DNA from: Asterias rubens
Taxonomy: Eukaryota
NCBI RefSeq assembly: GCF_902459465.1
Contig: NC_047062.1
Span: 11,160,001 to 11,224,000, forward strand
Length of the DNA: 64,000 nucleotides
Direction of reading: 5' to 3'
Shown here: piece by piece, positions 1 to 14,300 of the stretch
How the letters are laid out: the number at the start of each line of letters is the position of its first letter
Position numbering within the stretch: the stretch's first letter is position 1
Translations under genes and position numbers: made by a program
Notes under the pieces: generated by a model
The model's database searches: none
What the model was told of the DNA's origin: nothing
Seen by the model: only the letters and a program-made list of their open reading frames with translations

Positions 1-984
1 ATGAATTTTATTGCTTTGTGAAATCGACCCCTGGTCATTCCCAACAGCAAGAACTGAGAACTGAATAGGCTTTTTATTGTATTCACCCCTCTGCGATTAG
101 ACTAGTCTGTACCAGAATAAATACACTGGAAAGTCTGTACCACACGAGGGCGTATTTCGTTGTACACACTGACAACTCGCTATTGGATGCAGCTCTTTTA
201 TTTCAATTTATTCACCCCAAAAAGATAATAGTTCACAAGCGAGGCAGCCCCTGTAAACGGAAAACAAAATTACCAGAATGAGTGCATGGGGAAGTCTGTG
301 CCACTTTCGGACGTTTTGATTGCACATTTAGACTCTCACTACTTACGAGTGACCCTCCACCCATAGTGTTCTCCCAACAGTGGTCCCCTGCCCAAGTTCT
401 AGTTCAAATACAAGGACCAGGCACAATTCACTCCAAGTGGTCCGGCTGCTTAGTTCTATGTTGGAAAGCATCACCATTTCATTTGACAAATTAATGGACT
501 AACTTGTGAAAAGGCATGTGGATGGACTAGTGAATTGGCAAGCTATGTATGTAACTGATCCAACTTGCTAGTCACTACAAAAGTAAAGGGCAGATCCTAC
601 AAGTCCAAAGCTAATGGAAATTTTTGAAAGAAAACCTTAAAATATGAACCAGTGAAAATACTGGCGGACTAGTGATGACATGACAAGCTAACTGGTCCTA
701 CTGGCTAGTCACTGAAAAAGTTAAGGGCAAACCCTGGCCCACCAACAGGATCATACACATTAAAGTCAGGGGCTAAGACTTTTTAAATGACGAACACTTA
801 AATAAGGTCCACGAGACATAAGTGACATTCCATCAACATTTTATTCAAATTCTTAACACTGGCAAAGCATAATATGTACACTCTATACAACTGTTTTTAA
901 ATTCAAGATTCCCTTTGAGAATCAGCATCGACAAGAATTTGCATAATATTGAACATAAGATTTGAAAACGATGATTGCAGGGCA

Positions 985-1339
985 AACTTTCGGTAAACAG
1001 TAATGTCCAAAGACCCACACTTTGTGTATCACAACTTATATATAAAACAACAAACCTGTGAAAATTTTGGCTCAATCGGTCATTGGACAAAAAATAACGG
1101 GAAAACCCACCCTTGTTTCCGCATGTTTCGCCGTGTCATGACATGTGTTTAAAATAAATTCGTAAATCTCGATATCGAGAATTGATGATTGTTGAATGTT
1201 TTCTCAAAAAGTAAAGCATTTCATGGAGTAATATTTAAAGTGAAGTCTGTCACCATTACCTTCTGTAAACCCTGTAAGTTATTTGTAAATCTGTGAACTT
1301 TAATTTTTTTTCTGTTCCGAAAGTGTATAATGGCTTTAA
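985..1339. mobile_element. Kolobok-like MITE family 2 (TIR agccatt.gacactttc.g)
   Basis: Shared interior gtttccgcatgtttcgccgtgtcatgacatgtgt; TTAA at the right end. Confidence 0.8.
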
Positions 1340-2224
1340 AGGATATCAAACTTCAACCTGAGTATTTGAAGGTGTCTTTAACTTCGGAATCTCTTTTATT
1401 GTGGAGTTGTTATCTCAGATAAAATCATTTTCATAAAGAAAAACTACTTACCAATCAAGAAGATCTTTTTAGAAAGACTCTTTTGGGTCAAATACCACTT
1501 TTTAAAACAATTTGTAGAAAACAAAATTAAAAGTTGGTTCCCTCAACTGAAGCTTATACCTAGATCAACTTGAATGAAATCACTGTAACTTATTTGACTA
1601 ATCCTTGATTTATTTTTCGTTTAGTTATTATTTAGACACAAGTGTAAAGTTTCCTTCCTGTAGTTTTTGTTTTTAATTTGATTCGAAAAAACAAGCACCT
1701 CCTCCCCCTTTGATTTTTTTAACTACTATTATTCAAAACACCACAGGCACATTACTCGGCTGGGATTCAAACCCCTGACCTTTGCTATGCTGGTGCAGAT
1801 GTTTTACTTCTAGGCCATCGAGCTAGCCATGTGGCTTGAGGCCATTGGAACCTACATCTTAGCATTGGTAACATGCCGCAACGATTTAATGTTCATTTTG
1901 CATCAGGTATAAAGAATCATTTTGGTTTTTGTCTTTACACAACAAGTGCATTATCAGCACCCCTTATTCGGTACTTTCCCCAAGTCTTGTGGATAAAATT
2001 CACAGGCATACTACACGTGTTGGATTCGAACTCAAGACCATTGCCCATTCTGGAGAAGATGTCTTATTACTATGCCACTGAGCTATTCCAGTGGCTAGGT
2101 TGAATCACATATTTTAGCAGCGGATACTGTACTTGTTAAGACTTTTTTCCTATTCTCTCAAAAAGTTTCTACTCGTCGAGTTTTGGTCAAGGCTGTTAAA
2201 AGACTGATACTATTTTCATAGTTT

Positions 2225-2316
2225 TCATAATCTTTCAGATGTTACATGTCTTGGAATGATGGTTGGAACATGAAGATTTGATTGATGGGAACTTCTGGAT
2301 GGGTCGTTCAAAACAC
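2225..2316 (-). CDS. CATSPERG: CATSPERG terminal coding exon 23 (VLNDPSRSSHQSNLHVPTIIPRHVTSERL*)
   Basis: tttcttgttacag acceptor, phase 1, TGA at 2225-2227. Confidence 0.7.
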
Positions 2317-5300
2317 CTGTAACAAGAAAATAGAATTGTGAGTCAATTCAATGCAATTCAAAACACTATTTATGTCCATGTTGGTGAAAAAGGAGATCAA
2401 TAAACAAATTTACAGCAATAACTTAAGTCAAAGACTATCAAGAACTGATTGAGAAAAATAGTAAATGAAAACAAAAACAAATAATGAAATGAAACTAATA
2501 CAATGTAATGGACACAGAGCAAACCACTAAGGGGTTATTTACAGAAGCCATAAAGGCTTGTTTTGAAATGTCCACTGACAAATACCAAATGAGACATATT
2601 ACAGCAAAAATAAAGGATTTTTTTATTTTTTTTTTCAAATTAACAGTTCAACTCAAATAGGATTACATTGAACACACTATGATAACAAAACTAACAAGGA
2701 AGGTGGTTATAATATCTCCAACTGCAAAAGAAAACTTGTGTTTTTCCTTCTTTATAGCAGACAAGTGTAGGGTGTTGTCCTAGTTTGAGACCACAGCGGC
2801 TAAAAGACTTGATCTGCCGGTGTGTTTTGGCAACCATGACTGGAAACAGGTTTCTGACATTTTCAAACAATTTCAAATTTCCCTATTAACTAAATGTAGT
2901 AATCCAGCCACGTTGAGTGATGTTCGAGTCGAAGAAAAGCACACAATTCCACGATTCAAATATACTTTTGGACATTAAAAAACGCTACAATGTTGAATAA
3001 AAATGCTTCTTAGATATAAAATTATTGTTGAGGCATAAAGAAGAATGAATTGAAACAGCAAAAAGCTTTGCCAAACGACGTAGTCTGCTTCCGATTGAAC
3101 GACGTTTGTGCTTCGCGCGGTTTGAAGAGGTCTAGCTTTCCGCCACATAACCCACTGGCCATAACGGCTCGTAATCCAGACTACGTAGGTGCAAGCTCTC
3201 CCAAACGGACTTCATGATTTGACACAAAAAGTGCCCCCTTTTCCAGTCCACCAATCACAAAACATGTTACATGGATGGAAAGCTTATTTCATCTAGTTTC
3301 ATAAACCAAGCGACTTCTGGTGGTGCGAGATTGCTAGCGAGTTTGCTGTTGAATTTAGTGGGACAACCCCTGCAAAAAATGACAAAATGTGGTGTGACCT
3401 CCATAGGAAACTGATTATTTTAGTCAAAATGCATCTTTTTCAATCAAAAAGCGCCCCTCTTTCCTGGCTCTTAATTATATAAAAAGTGTACTGTTTCAAA
3501 AGAGGAATATATATACTATACGATGCCGAGCGACTTTGTAAGTATAACAGAATCACTTTTCTAAAACTGATGAAAATGTGTCCCGAGTGTATGAATTTGA
3601 AGGGAATTTCCCGTGTTGAACGGGTCGCCGTGAAAGGCGTCGAGCACATGCACACTAGTTCTTCATATGGCAAAGTAAAATGGAGAAACAATTAAACAGA
3701 AATAATCTATGGTCTTACCAGGTGTGTTGACGTTGACACGCGAGATGTCCCCTAAACCAAAACCTTCTTCTATATTGAGAACTTCCTCATCAGTCTCGCT
3801 GTCATCTAGAAATGTAAACAAAAAAACAGTCTCTACAAAACAGTTCCATGTTCGATGCGAGAGTTACTAGTCTAGAATTTGATTTGTACAATTCTTAATC
3901 ATAGACATTAAACCAATGCTTGTATGAGACTGAGAGATTTTCTTTTGCCAGCTTGGCATTTATATCCCTTTGTGGGAGTTTGTCAAGTTCCCTGAAANNN
4001 NNNNNNNNNNNNNNNNNNNNNNNNNNNNNNNNNNNNNNNNNNNNNNNNNNNNNNNNNNNNNNNNNNNNNNNNNNNNNNNNNNNNNNNNNNNNNNNNNNNN
4101 NNNNNNNNNNNNNNNNNNNNNNNNNNNNNNNNNNNNNNNNNNNNNNNNNNNNNNNNNNNNNNNNNNNNNNNNNNNNNNNNNNNNNNNNNNNNNNNNNNNN
4201 NNNNNNNNNNNNNNNNNNNNNNNNNNNNNNNNNNNNNNNNNNNNNCAATTCCTTACCATATACTTTAAACCAATGTTTGTATGAGATAGATTGGCTGTTG
4301 CCAGCCATAGTGGTATTTATATCCCCTTGTCAGAGTTTGCCGACAAACCAACAAACAAACAAACAGACAACCAAACAAGTCCTCTACCTACCTGATAACT
4401 CTGACTCCCTAATGGTTGGCATCGGGGCTACTCTACTCCTCTTCCTACGGGGACGAGGTTTCCTCTTTGGTCTTCTCTTGGCTCGATTGCAGCATACAAA
4501 GATCAGGATGATTAACAACGATATCCCCAAAGACCACTAAAGAGGATTCATTACGACAAGAAAAAGAAATAAAACCCTAGAAGTTGAATCAAATCAAGAG
4601 TAGGAATGTTTTGAGATGTAGGACAGTCGGAATGCTACAAAAAAAAACATTCACTACAAAAACATATCATGGCTGTAATTCCGAGATGATAATAGTTGAA
4701 CCTTTCTCGGAACTCTTACCACCCCCTATGAGATTTTAGAACAGAAATATACAAATGAATGTTTTGAAAGATCAAATGTCTTTCCCTGCTTGCTAAGCTT
4801 GATCCCTTCCCCATATGTGGTGGTAGCTAGAGGCTAGAGGCAGTTGGGGTATCTAGCGGACATTTTTCAGATTTGTCCTAAGAATATCATGCCTGGAATT
4901 AACAGTTTATTTCATAAGAAATGCTTTTGAACGATGAAATGTGTGATATTTGTATTGTAAAATTGCTCACAAATGTTTGCCGGTTTTGGAGCAAGAAGTG
5001 TGGAAACTTCATGCATCAAGCCATGCTGCAGATGTGCGCATGTTGTGACGGATTGCCACACAGAACAGCTTATTAAAGTTGTACCTCATATCCCAACCAT
5101 GATCGCAACATCATTGTTATTGAGCCATTACATACATTCGTTTCAAAACATTGATTAACATACAAACAAAATCTTCATTTTGATTTTTCTGAGGACACTT
5201 CCCTGATACTGGCCTTTTTTAAGAAGACCCACCTTCAGGACTTGACCATTATACTTACCCCAACTATGATCACTAAATCATTTTTACTGAGTTCTAATCC

Positions 5301-8300
5301 ATGCACTTTTATCGTGAACTGCGTGGTATATTCACAATAGGTTGAGTCAGAGTCCACATCTCTATAAAAAAGGGGGGGGGGGGAGAAAGGAAACACAAAA
5401 CCACAATCTCAATAAGAACGAAAACTTAAAATTAATGTGCTAATGTTATCACAAAGAACTTTGTCTTTGTCTGTCAACAAGGCCGCTTGGTTAAGACTAC
5501 TCTGGAGCTGATTTAATGAAACGCCAAGGATTACCCTATCTCGAGTTAGGACGAGTGACTAGTCCTAATAACTAGGATTAATCTAAAAGTTTACATGTTA
5601 CAGTGCAAAGCTGGGACTTGTCCTAAGTCCTAAGATTAATCCTAAGTTAGGAAGTGTTTGGTGAAATAGACAGCTGGTGTTTTTGACCACAAGTAGAGTG
5701 CGGGGTTCAAGTCCCAGTTGTGCCACTTGTGTCCTGGAGCAGGATATACTTCCCATTATTGCTTTGTCCTTCGGATGTGAAATTACATGTATTATTAAGC
5801 TGTAGCTCCTGTGTACTAGGATAGGCCATATGCATGTTAAAGTACCTAGGGGTGGATTTCACCTTGGACTATAGTCTTATCTCAAGTAAGAACGTTGGTT
5901 ACTCCTCATCCTATTTAGGACTAGCCTTAAGTTTTTGATAACTGAAGGTCCTAAGACTAGTCCTTGGCACTTTCTTTGTAAAATCGACCCCAGAACAATT
6001 ATCATGGAGAGTACCGGGTACATGTATAGGGGTTATAACACCGGTGTTTCTGGTTCACATAGCAAGCACTCTAGTTTTTAGCCACATCTAACTATGTGTG
6101 AAGTTTCAAGTACATACGAGTTTGGGAAAGGTGCCTTTTGTTAGGGGACAAGGGACGAAGAAGAAGTATCAATTAAAATTTAAAAAACTAACAAAAAAAA
6201 AGAGGTCTTCCGGGCTGTTGGCCCGAACACCTAAAAAGAAAGCACAACGTGGGATTCACCAGATCAAGGCATTATTTCTGAATATAAGTACCTGTTTGTT
6301 ACTTGGATGACGAAGTAGTACTCTGGTGGCCAGGGGAAGTTCATAGGAACACTGCCGCATGGCGATCCTTGCTCACAGTTCCAGAGAATCCCACTGTACT
6401 CATGAGTGAAGATCGGAACTGAACCATTACCGTGACTTCTTACATCGGCTGGTTTCCATATGATAGGTCCCGATCTGGGAAAGAGAGGAGGAACGGTGAA
6501 GCATGTTGGGGAAATTAGTAAGAAGTCGGAATAAGAAGAAGAAAAATAGTGTAGACCTCAATACTTAAAGGCACTGGATGGACACCTTTTAGTGATTGTC
6601 AAAGACCAGCATTCTCACTTGGTGTATCCCAACATATGCTTAAAATAACAAGTGAACATTTTGACTAAATCGGTCATTGAAGTTGCAAGACAATAATGAA
6701 AGGAAAAACACAGTTGTTGCACAAGTTACCAAATAAAATGCTGCAAGTCTGAATTCTTTTAATATTTGAGTGCGAAATTACTTCTTTCTTAAAAACTACG
6801 TTGCTTCAGAGGGAGCCGTTTGATTATTTTAACCCTATATAAATATAAATAAATTTATATAGTAATACTAACCTGTGAAAATTTCATTTCAAAACGTGGC
6901 TGCGTTTTTAAGATATCGTAAAAAATCGGAAGAATTAGGAAGAATTAATCATATTCAGTATTCAGAACATACACAATCTCAGAAAAATCAGAACCTGTCG
7001 ATTATGCTTCTTGGATTACAATTGGGGGAAATAAAAAAGGATATACTTTTCCATGAACACATTATACTTCAAAGTAAACAGGTTTTTCACAAAAATTAGT
7101 GGAAGAAAATAACATCAATCATTTTGCAATTCTCGAAACTATATGTAGCTACATGTATTTAAAGGGCGACTCCATGTGTCATTTCTTGATCTTGGTGCTA
7201 GCAGTTCTGTGTGAGATATTCTTCCCCACTAAGTTTATAGACTGATTTGTACTTGACACCCTTGGCTTTGAAGATAGAAACGTTGTGGGCTTTTAGTATG
7301 TAGGATTATAAACAAAACAAAAACGCTTCAAATAAAACTCAAAGTTAATTCCAAGTTAGTTAATGTTTACACGTAACAAATCAGTATCCAAAAGTACAAA
7401 ACAAACCAACTCTGCAAATAATTAAAGTGTTTTCATCACGCATACAGATGTAGTTCTTTTACAATATTTTGAGAGAATTGTTTTCATGATGTCAACCAGA
7501 ATTTACCAAAATGCTAAATGATAACTGCATAAAAACTAGTGTGCTTGTGTAGATCCCAGTTCATATCCCAGTGTTGGCTTTATCTGGTTGAGAAAACCAC
7601 AAGCAGGTGACACCTCGCTCAGTGGTGACCGCAAACAAGGCTTCCAGTACATAACGATCTGAGTGCTTGCGGCTAATCTTAAAGAATGTAAACATACAGC
7701 TCAGCTGTCAGTGAAGTGTCCCGGAATAATCCCGTTATGAATTTGAAAGCTATTGGACCGGGAGGAAAAACGTCCCCGGGTTAGAATATCCCTGTGTTTT
7801 CCTGGGGATAGTTGCCTAAATCGTATTCTGGACACTGTTTCACTCATTTCTCAAAAACTACAGCACCTCAGCAAGAAATATTTTAAGTGAATCTTTTTAC
7901 TCTCATTATCTTTAAACAGTGTAAGTTTAATGTGGACATTGTGTTTTGTGTTACAAAAAGTACCGAAATCCATCTACAGTTGAGTGTAGATTCGTAAAAA
8001 TAATCTACACTTTCATTAGTGGCGTCACAGAAATAGTTTGAAATATATGGATAATGGCTTACCCATTTTGTACATTATACTGAGCGATCTGTTGATTGTT
8101 GAAGTATTCTGCATTGGTTGGATTGTCCACACTACCACCAATCACAATCATTGAATACTGCCCAGTGAACAAACTGGATCTCCCTGTTGCTAGATCCAAC
8201 AGGCGGAAAACAGGACTAAACTCTGCAATGTGACAAACACAAGACAGATAAGTCACATTAATAAAAGGTATTAAAAAAAGCGCCTTTACAAAAAGATCAA

Positions 8301-11300
8301 AGCGCTGTACAAAATAAGACAAAATCATAATTTGAACCTTGAATTTAAAGCAGTAACTGACATGGGTTCAGTAATCATTATAGCAATGCTAGTTACAACG
8401 TAGCTACCTTTGTTGTAGTAATCAAGGTGCCAAAAGGGACCCCAAAACTGATGAACTTTTTTTTACTTTAAGGGTCGACTTATTTGTTGAAGTAGTTACA
8501 GCCAATAATATAAATGGCCTCGCTAAGCCAAAAGCCGGCACTTCATGCCAATACTAAAATCTGGCCAGATTAGTTCGTTTGATGAAAAGAAGAGCTTTCA
8601 AATAACCTAGTTAAGGCCTACAAGATTTGTCCATGTACACAACGTTTAAAGAGGAAGGGAAATGTTAAATTCATTTTTGTCATGAACTCATTTTCCAACT
8701 GATCAGTTGTCATTGTATTCAATACCCTTCCAGTGCAATATTTGTTGAAATCCAAAACATCCAACTTTTTCAGAGAGAGATTTAAAAAATGACATCATTG
8801 GATTTCAACAAATAATAACTAATGGTCTTCGTATTCCAAGGAGGAATTTTTTGACAGCCAACACTTCAAATTCTTTGCCGTTTTGATTTATTGAAATTCA
8901 TGAATGAACCAAAATACCCCTATGCAAAAGATTTTCTCAGAATTCTGCATGTACAATCAGGATTCCCCGCTTACATGCAAGCGCCAAATTTCTGCGCTAG
9001 CCTTGCAAGCGTAGAATGCTTGGTAACGTGGAGCATGCACGCGCAGAAGTCAAAGTTTGCCACTAACCTGTGAAATACGCTTGTTGTACGCAAAGAATTC
9101 CCTGTTTCCGTAAGCGCCAACTCTGTGCTTTCAGTATAATATAATTTGGAAATTGACAAATTTTGCACTGGAATGGTACTGAATACAAAAGCAAGTTGTA
9201 CCATTTTAATGTGAGGGTAGAGACTTTTCATTATTTCCCAACCCACATAAGAACTCTATTGGAAATGGAGTGCATCACAAAATTGAATTTTGCTCTTCCC
9301 TTGCTCTTTAAGACATCAAATCACACTGAACTCAAGCCTTGATGTGTCAGTTGTCTTCACTTTCATCGCCATTTCAATTTTTCCAAGACATTAGTGCCTG
9401 ACTGGTGCAAAGGGGCATCACTAATCTACCTTACCTTGCTTGTAATAGAAGCATGGATACTTGGGATCTGGTATCGGACAGTCATATATGCTCGCATACG
9501 ACGTCCGTAGTTGTTGGAATGTTCCATCAACGTCAAAGACTAGATGTCTACCAGAAGGGCAACCCAGTTGAACACTTAGACTTTTGGTTCCCTGTGGATA
9601 AAATTAAACCACAGCTCCTGAAATGTGCCAAATTGTTACCGCGTTAGAGCTTTCTCAAACTTTACTTGTATTACTTCCAGGGGTATATTCATTCATACCC
9701 AAAACAGAAACACATTACCACTGCAAACATCATATTTATCATGGACAATAGGACCTTCTTTTAAAAGCAGTGGACACTATTGGTAATTACTCAAAATAAT
9801 TACCAGCATAAAACCTTACTTGGTAACGAGTAATGGGGAGAGGTTGAAAGTATTAAACATTGTGAGAAACGACTCCCTCTGAAGTGACGTAGTTTTCGAG
9901 AAAGAAGTAATTTTCCACGAATTTGATTTCGGGACCTCAAGTTTAGAATTTGAGGTCTCGAAATCAACCATCTGAAGGCACACAACTTCGTGTGACAATG
10001 GTATTTTTTTATTTCATTCATACATGTATCTCGCAACTTTGACGACCAATTGAGCTCAAATTTTCACAGGTTTGTTATTTTATGCATATGTTTAGATACA
10101 CTAAGTGAGAAGACTGGTCTTTGAAAATTACCAATAGTGTCCACTGTCTTTAAAGGAGCCTTAAAAATTATCCAGCTCCAAAGCAAATTAAAACTATGGC
10201 GCACCCAAACCATGGTAAAATACCATGCGGTCAAAAATACGCGCACTTAGTCCTTAAACTTAGTGATAACAGTATGAATTATGAAGTGGTGCTTTTGGGA
10301 ACAGCGATGATTATGTGAAAATATAAAACCTTTGGATCTAAAGCTCTGGGACGCAGCCTGACTTGAGGACTTACAGCAAAAAAGAAAATATGATATTTGT
10401 TTGCATGCTGTTATAAAATTAAATAATAATACCAAAGCACAGGGGAAGATAATAAGTTTGGATATAGGGATAAATGCAAGGATAGATCTTTTACGTAAGG
10501 CGGTGCTTTGGGAAACAGTATCCTCAGATCTAAGGCTTTGGGACATGACACAACTCCAGGAATAACTGGCACAAGGGAAAACATAGTATCTTTCTTTTTA
10601 TCTTTTGCATGCTGTGGTAAAATAATAAAACCAGTTTATAAAGAGCACTTGCTTATCAAATCAGACTAAAGTAGGAGGAATATCTTGGCTGCTTTAATTA
10701 TTACACTATTTTTCTTTACATTTCATTTTGTACATTTCAATGATTTGGTAACAGGATTTGTGAGAGAGTTCTAATAGCTCTTGGGTTTGGGGTTTTGTTT
10801 CCTCATAAATTATACTGTGTTATTTTACCAATTACACAGTAAATCAGTCATGGTGTTTTCTGTAATTTCTCTTCAAGTTTTGTTATAGATTTGAAAGTAT
10901 TTTTGAGAAGCCTGTCACAGAAAGATATGTAAGTTTGATTTTGTTTGCTTAATGAAATACAATTTTCTTTTTTTCAAGCAACATTCACTTGTTGAGAAAT
11001 GGACATAAGTAAAGTGTACCCCAGTTTGTTTCCCTTGTGGTTTCATTACATTATTTATTAACTGATACATTGAACGCTTAAAGGCAGTGGACACTATTGG
11101 TAATTACCCAAAATATTTATTACCAATAGTGTCCACTGCCTTTAAAGATGCTATGTCGGATTTTTGGCCCCAAATTTTTTGAGTGAAGGGTATTTCAAAG
11201 AGTATCACCCGCTCTTATGAAAAAAGTTTGACTTTTGCTTTTAATGGTCAGGATCCATGGCAAAAATTTAAAACGTTTCTTATAAAACACATATAAGAAT

Positions 11301-14300
11301 TGGTCACGTGATATATTGTTGGGATCCCGACAAAAACTAATTTTGAGCACTTTATTTCACTGCTACTACTAATTGGCGGACTTTTTCGAGCAATGGCTCA
11401 AATGAAAGCTTGTAACTTTCTCGACCCCCATCAAAATACCTATTGAATTTTAAATCAAAACTGTTGGGTCAAATCGGCCAAAAATCTGACATAGCAACTT
11501 TAAAACTAAACTTGTGTAGTGTAATTCAAAAACCATGCATCTTCCTTTGTTTCTTTGGCTTATTCAGGTATTACAATATTCACTTTTCGTTTTAATATTC
11601 AAATTGCAGTGTAATTAAAAAGCACAGAAAAAATATATTTACATTGTTTCAGGTCCAAAGTACACATTCCTAATTTTACAAAATTGTTCATGTAAAGTAA
11701 AAACATGATTTTGTTAGGAAGCAATTTCTAAATGAAGCAATTTTGTAGTTAGCAATAACAGGCAAGATATTTTGTCTTTGTAAAAAAAAAAACCAGCAAC
11801 ATTTTATCAAGTACAGGCTGTGCCCTACTACACACAGGCCTTGAACGTAGCCCTTGTCATTTTCCTCTTGTAAGGGGCATCTCTATGAGGACAATGTTAA
11901 TTTGTACAGGAACCTTGCAGAGGGCACCACAGCAAAAGCACAGGGCACCACAGCAAAAGCACAGGGCACCACAGAAATTGCTGCATGGGTGACGCAGGTG
12001 ATTTCAAGGCATGTATACAAACAATTTAACCACACTTTTTTTTATTTTTCCCAATGGCAAAAGAAAAGAAATCAAAAATCAAACCTTTGTAGGAAAAATT
12101 ATCGAGCCTGAATAGCATTGTACATTACCTGTAACTGATTGCCGCTATAAACATCATGAGTGAAACAGTTCAAGGGAGAGTTCCATACATTGAATGTAAC
12201 TGACACTGGTCTTAAACCAACACCAGGCACTGACTGGCTACCCAGGTTTCCTCTATCCGCCACATCCACCTCGAAGAATAAACAAACAAATAATATTTGA
12301 ATATTTTGTTAGATTCATAAAATTCAAGTTTAATCTAAAATAAGTAGTGTTGTCATCAAATGCCTGCATGATCCATAGCTGTTTGATAATAGTGTCATGG
12401 CCGGAGCAGTTAAGCTACTAACAGACTCAGACAATATATATTTGGTTTGCGGTAACACCATGTGTGCACTCTTGCAAGGTAGAGTTTGTTCTTAGAGAAC
12501 TGTCTTGCTTTATTCTACTACCGCGGAGCAGATTGTTCGGGTGTTCGGGAGACTTCTCAGTTCTGAAAAGAACTGCCCTGCTGTTTAACTATTACCTGGG
12601 CGGATGGTATAGAAATAGGCTGGGACTACTACCCTAGCTTAAAGGATCGTAATTAACAGTACTACAGCGGAGTCAGTTCTTGAACTGGTCTCAACGTTTC
12701 GACTACCTTGCTCTAGTCATCATCAGGAGACTGAAGAAGTAAGAGAGAAGTGGGCTTATTTATAGGGGTTCACTTCATGGTGTTACCACAAACCAAATAT
12801 TTTGATACCTCACCATGAGATGCCTCAAATCCTATAGACTCAGACAAGCTCCCAAGTTTTTGATCAGCAGGTAATGTCAGTTCTAGTCCCGGTTGTGGGT
12901 CTTGGGCAAGATGATTTGTCATTATTTGTCTTGATGTTTTTGGAATAGGACATCAAGCTTTGGGTTGTACGTAAAGAAAAAAAACAAGAACACTTCCGCT
13001 GGTTTTTCTTGGTCACATTGCAAACATCCTTGTTTACAGGTTTCCTCAGGCTTGCTAGCTACAATGATTTAGTTATGAGGCATCCTTGATTTTACAACCA
13101 GAAATATAAAACAAAACTGTACTGTTTACATTCAATAATATCAAAGGGCCAGATTGTGTATATCTACTTAGGGGCGAAAAGTTTCCTCTGGGGAAAAAGG
13201 TCCATCTATACCCATGGAGGAAATTCCGTAAAAAAAAATCATTATGTGTTGTTTTCTTGAAGAAAAAAAAACTCTTAATTTTTTGCAATTTTTTTAGTTT
13301 TGCTTTCAGGTAAGTGTTAATTGCATAATACAAGAGAGAATGTAGGCGTGTGAGTGTGGTCAAATAAATACCAATAAAATGTGCACAATGCATGTTTGGA
13401 TTTGCATTACTGTATTCAATCCCATTTGTTCTCTCTTCTTCAGTTCATTCAACATATGCTCAAAAACCAAGCTTTTAAATTTCATGTTAGCAAAAAAAAG
13501 AATTATGGACCAAAGTTTTTTTTTTTGGCTAATCATCTGACACACAAAGGCATGAAGGTGTTGGCTCCAATTAACTTTCTTTTTTTTTTTTTAGTGGGGG
13601 GGGGGGGATAGTATTTTTCTGAAGTCCATTGTTACCTGATACTTCACGGAATTGTTGAGATGAAATACCTCCCTGTTGGTGGATACTTGGAGGAGATTGT
13701 TATCGGACACAAGCACTGAAAGCCGCAGGTCATCTAGAGACGATGTGCCTGAAAAGTGATGAAGCAAGAAAGTCAAAACTTTGTAAAGTGGAGAAAATCA
13801 TCAGAACAAACTTTAGGAAAAAAATGGAAAATATTGCTTTAATGAGTTGTTGCTTAAAGGCAGTGGACACTATTGGTAATTACTCAAAATTAATTTTTAG
13901 CATAAAAACTTACTTGGTAACAAGCATGGAGAGCCGTTTATAGTATAAAACATTTTGAGAAACAGCTCCCTCTGAAGTAACGTAGTTTTATCTGTTTTCA
14001 AGAAAGAAGTAATTTTTCACGATTTTGATTTCGAGACCTCAGAATTAGATTTTGAGGTCTCGAAATCAAGCATCTGAAAGCACACAACTTCGTGTGACAA
14101 GGGTGTTTTTTATTTCATTCATATCTTGCAACTCCGACGACCAATCAAGCTCAAATTTTCACAGGTTTGTTATTTTGAGCTTATGTTGAGATACACCAAG
14201 TGAGAAGACTGCGGGTCTTTGACAATTACCAATAGTGTCCACTAGGCCTGGGCGAACTATTTGAATACCCGGTTAATGGCGAATAGGTTTTCCTATCCGT

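Noticed and set aside
3895-4540. ORFs spanning the N run
   Set aside because: Artefacts of translating N; the real exon here is on the minus strand (4392-4536).
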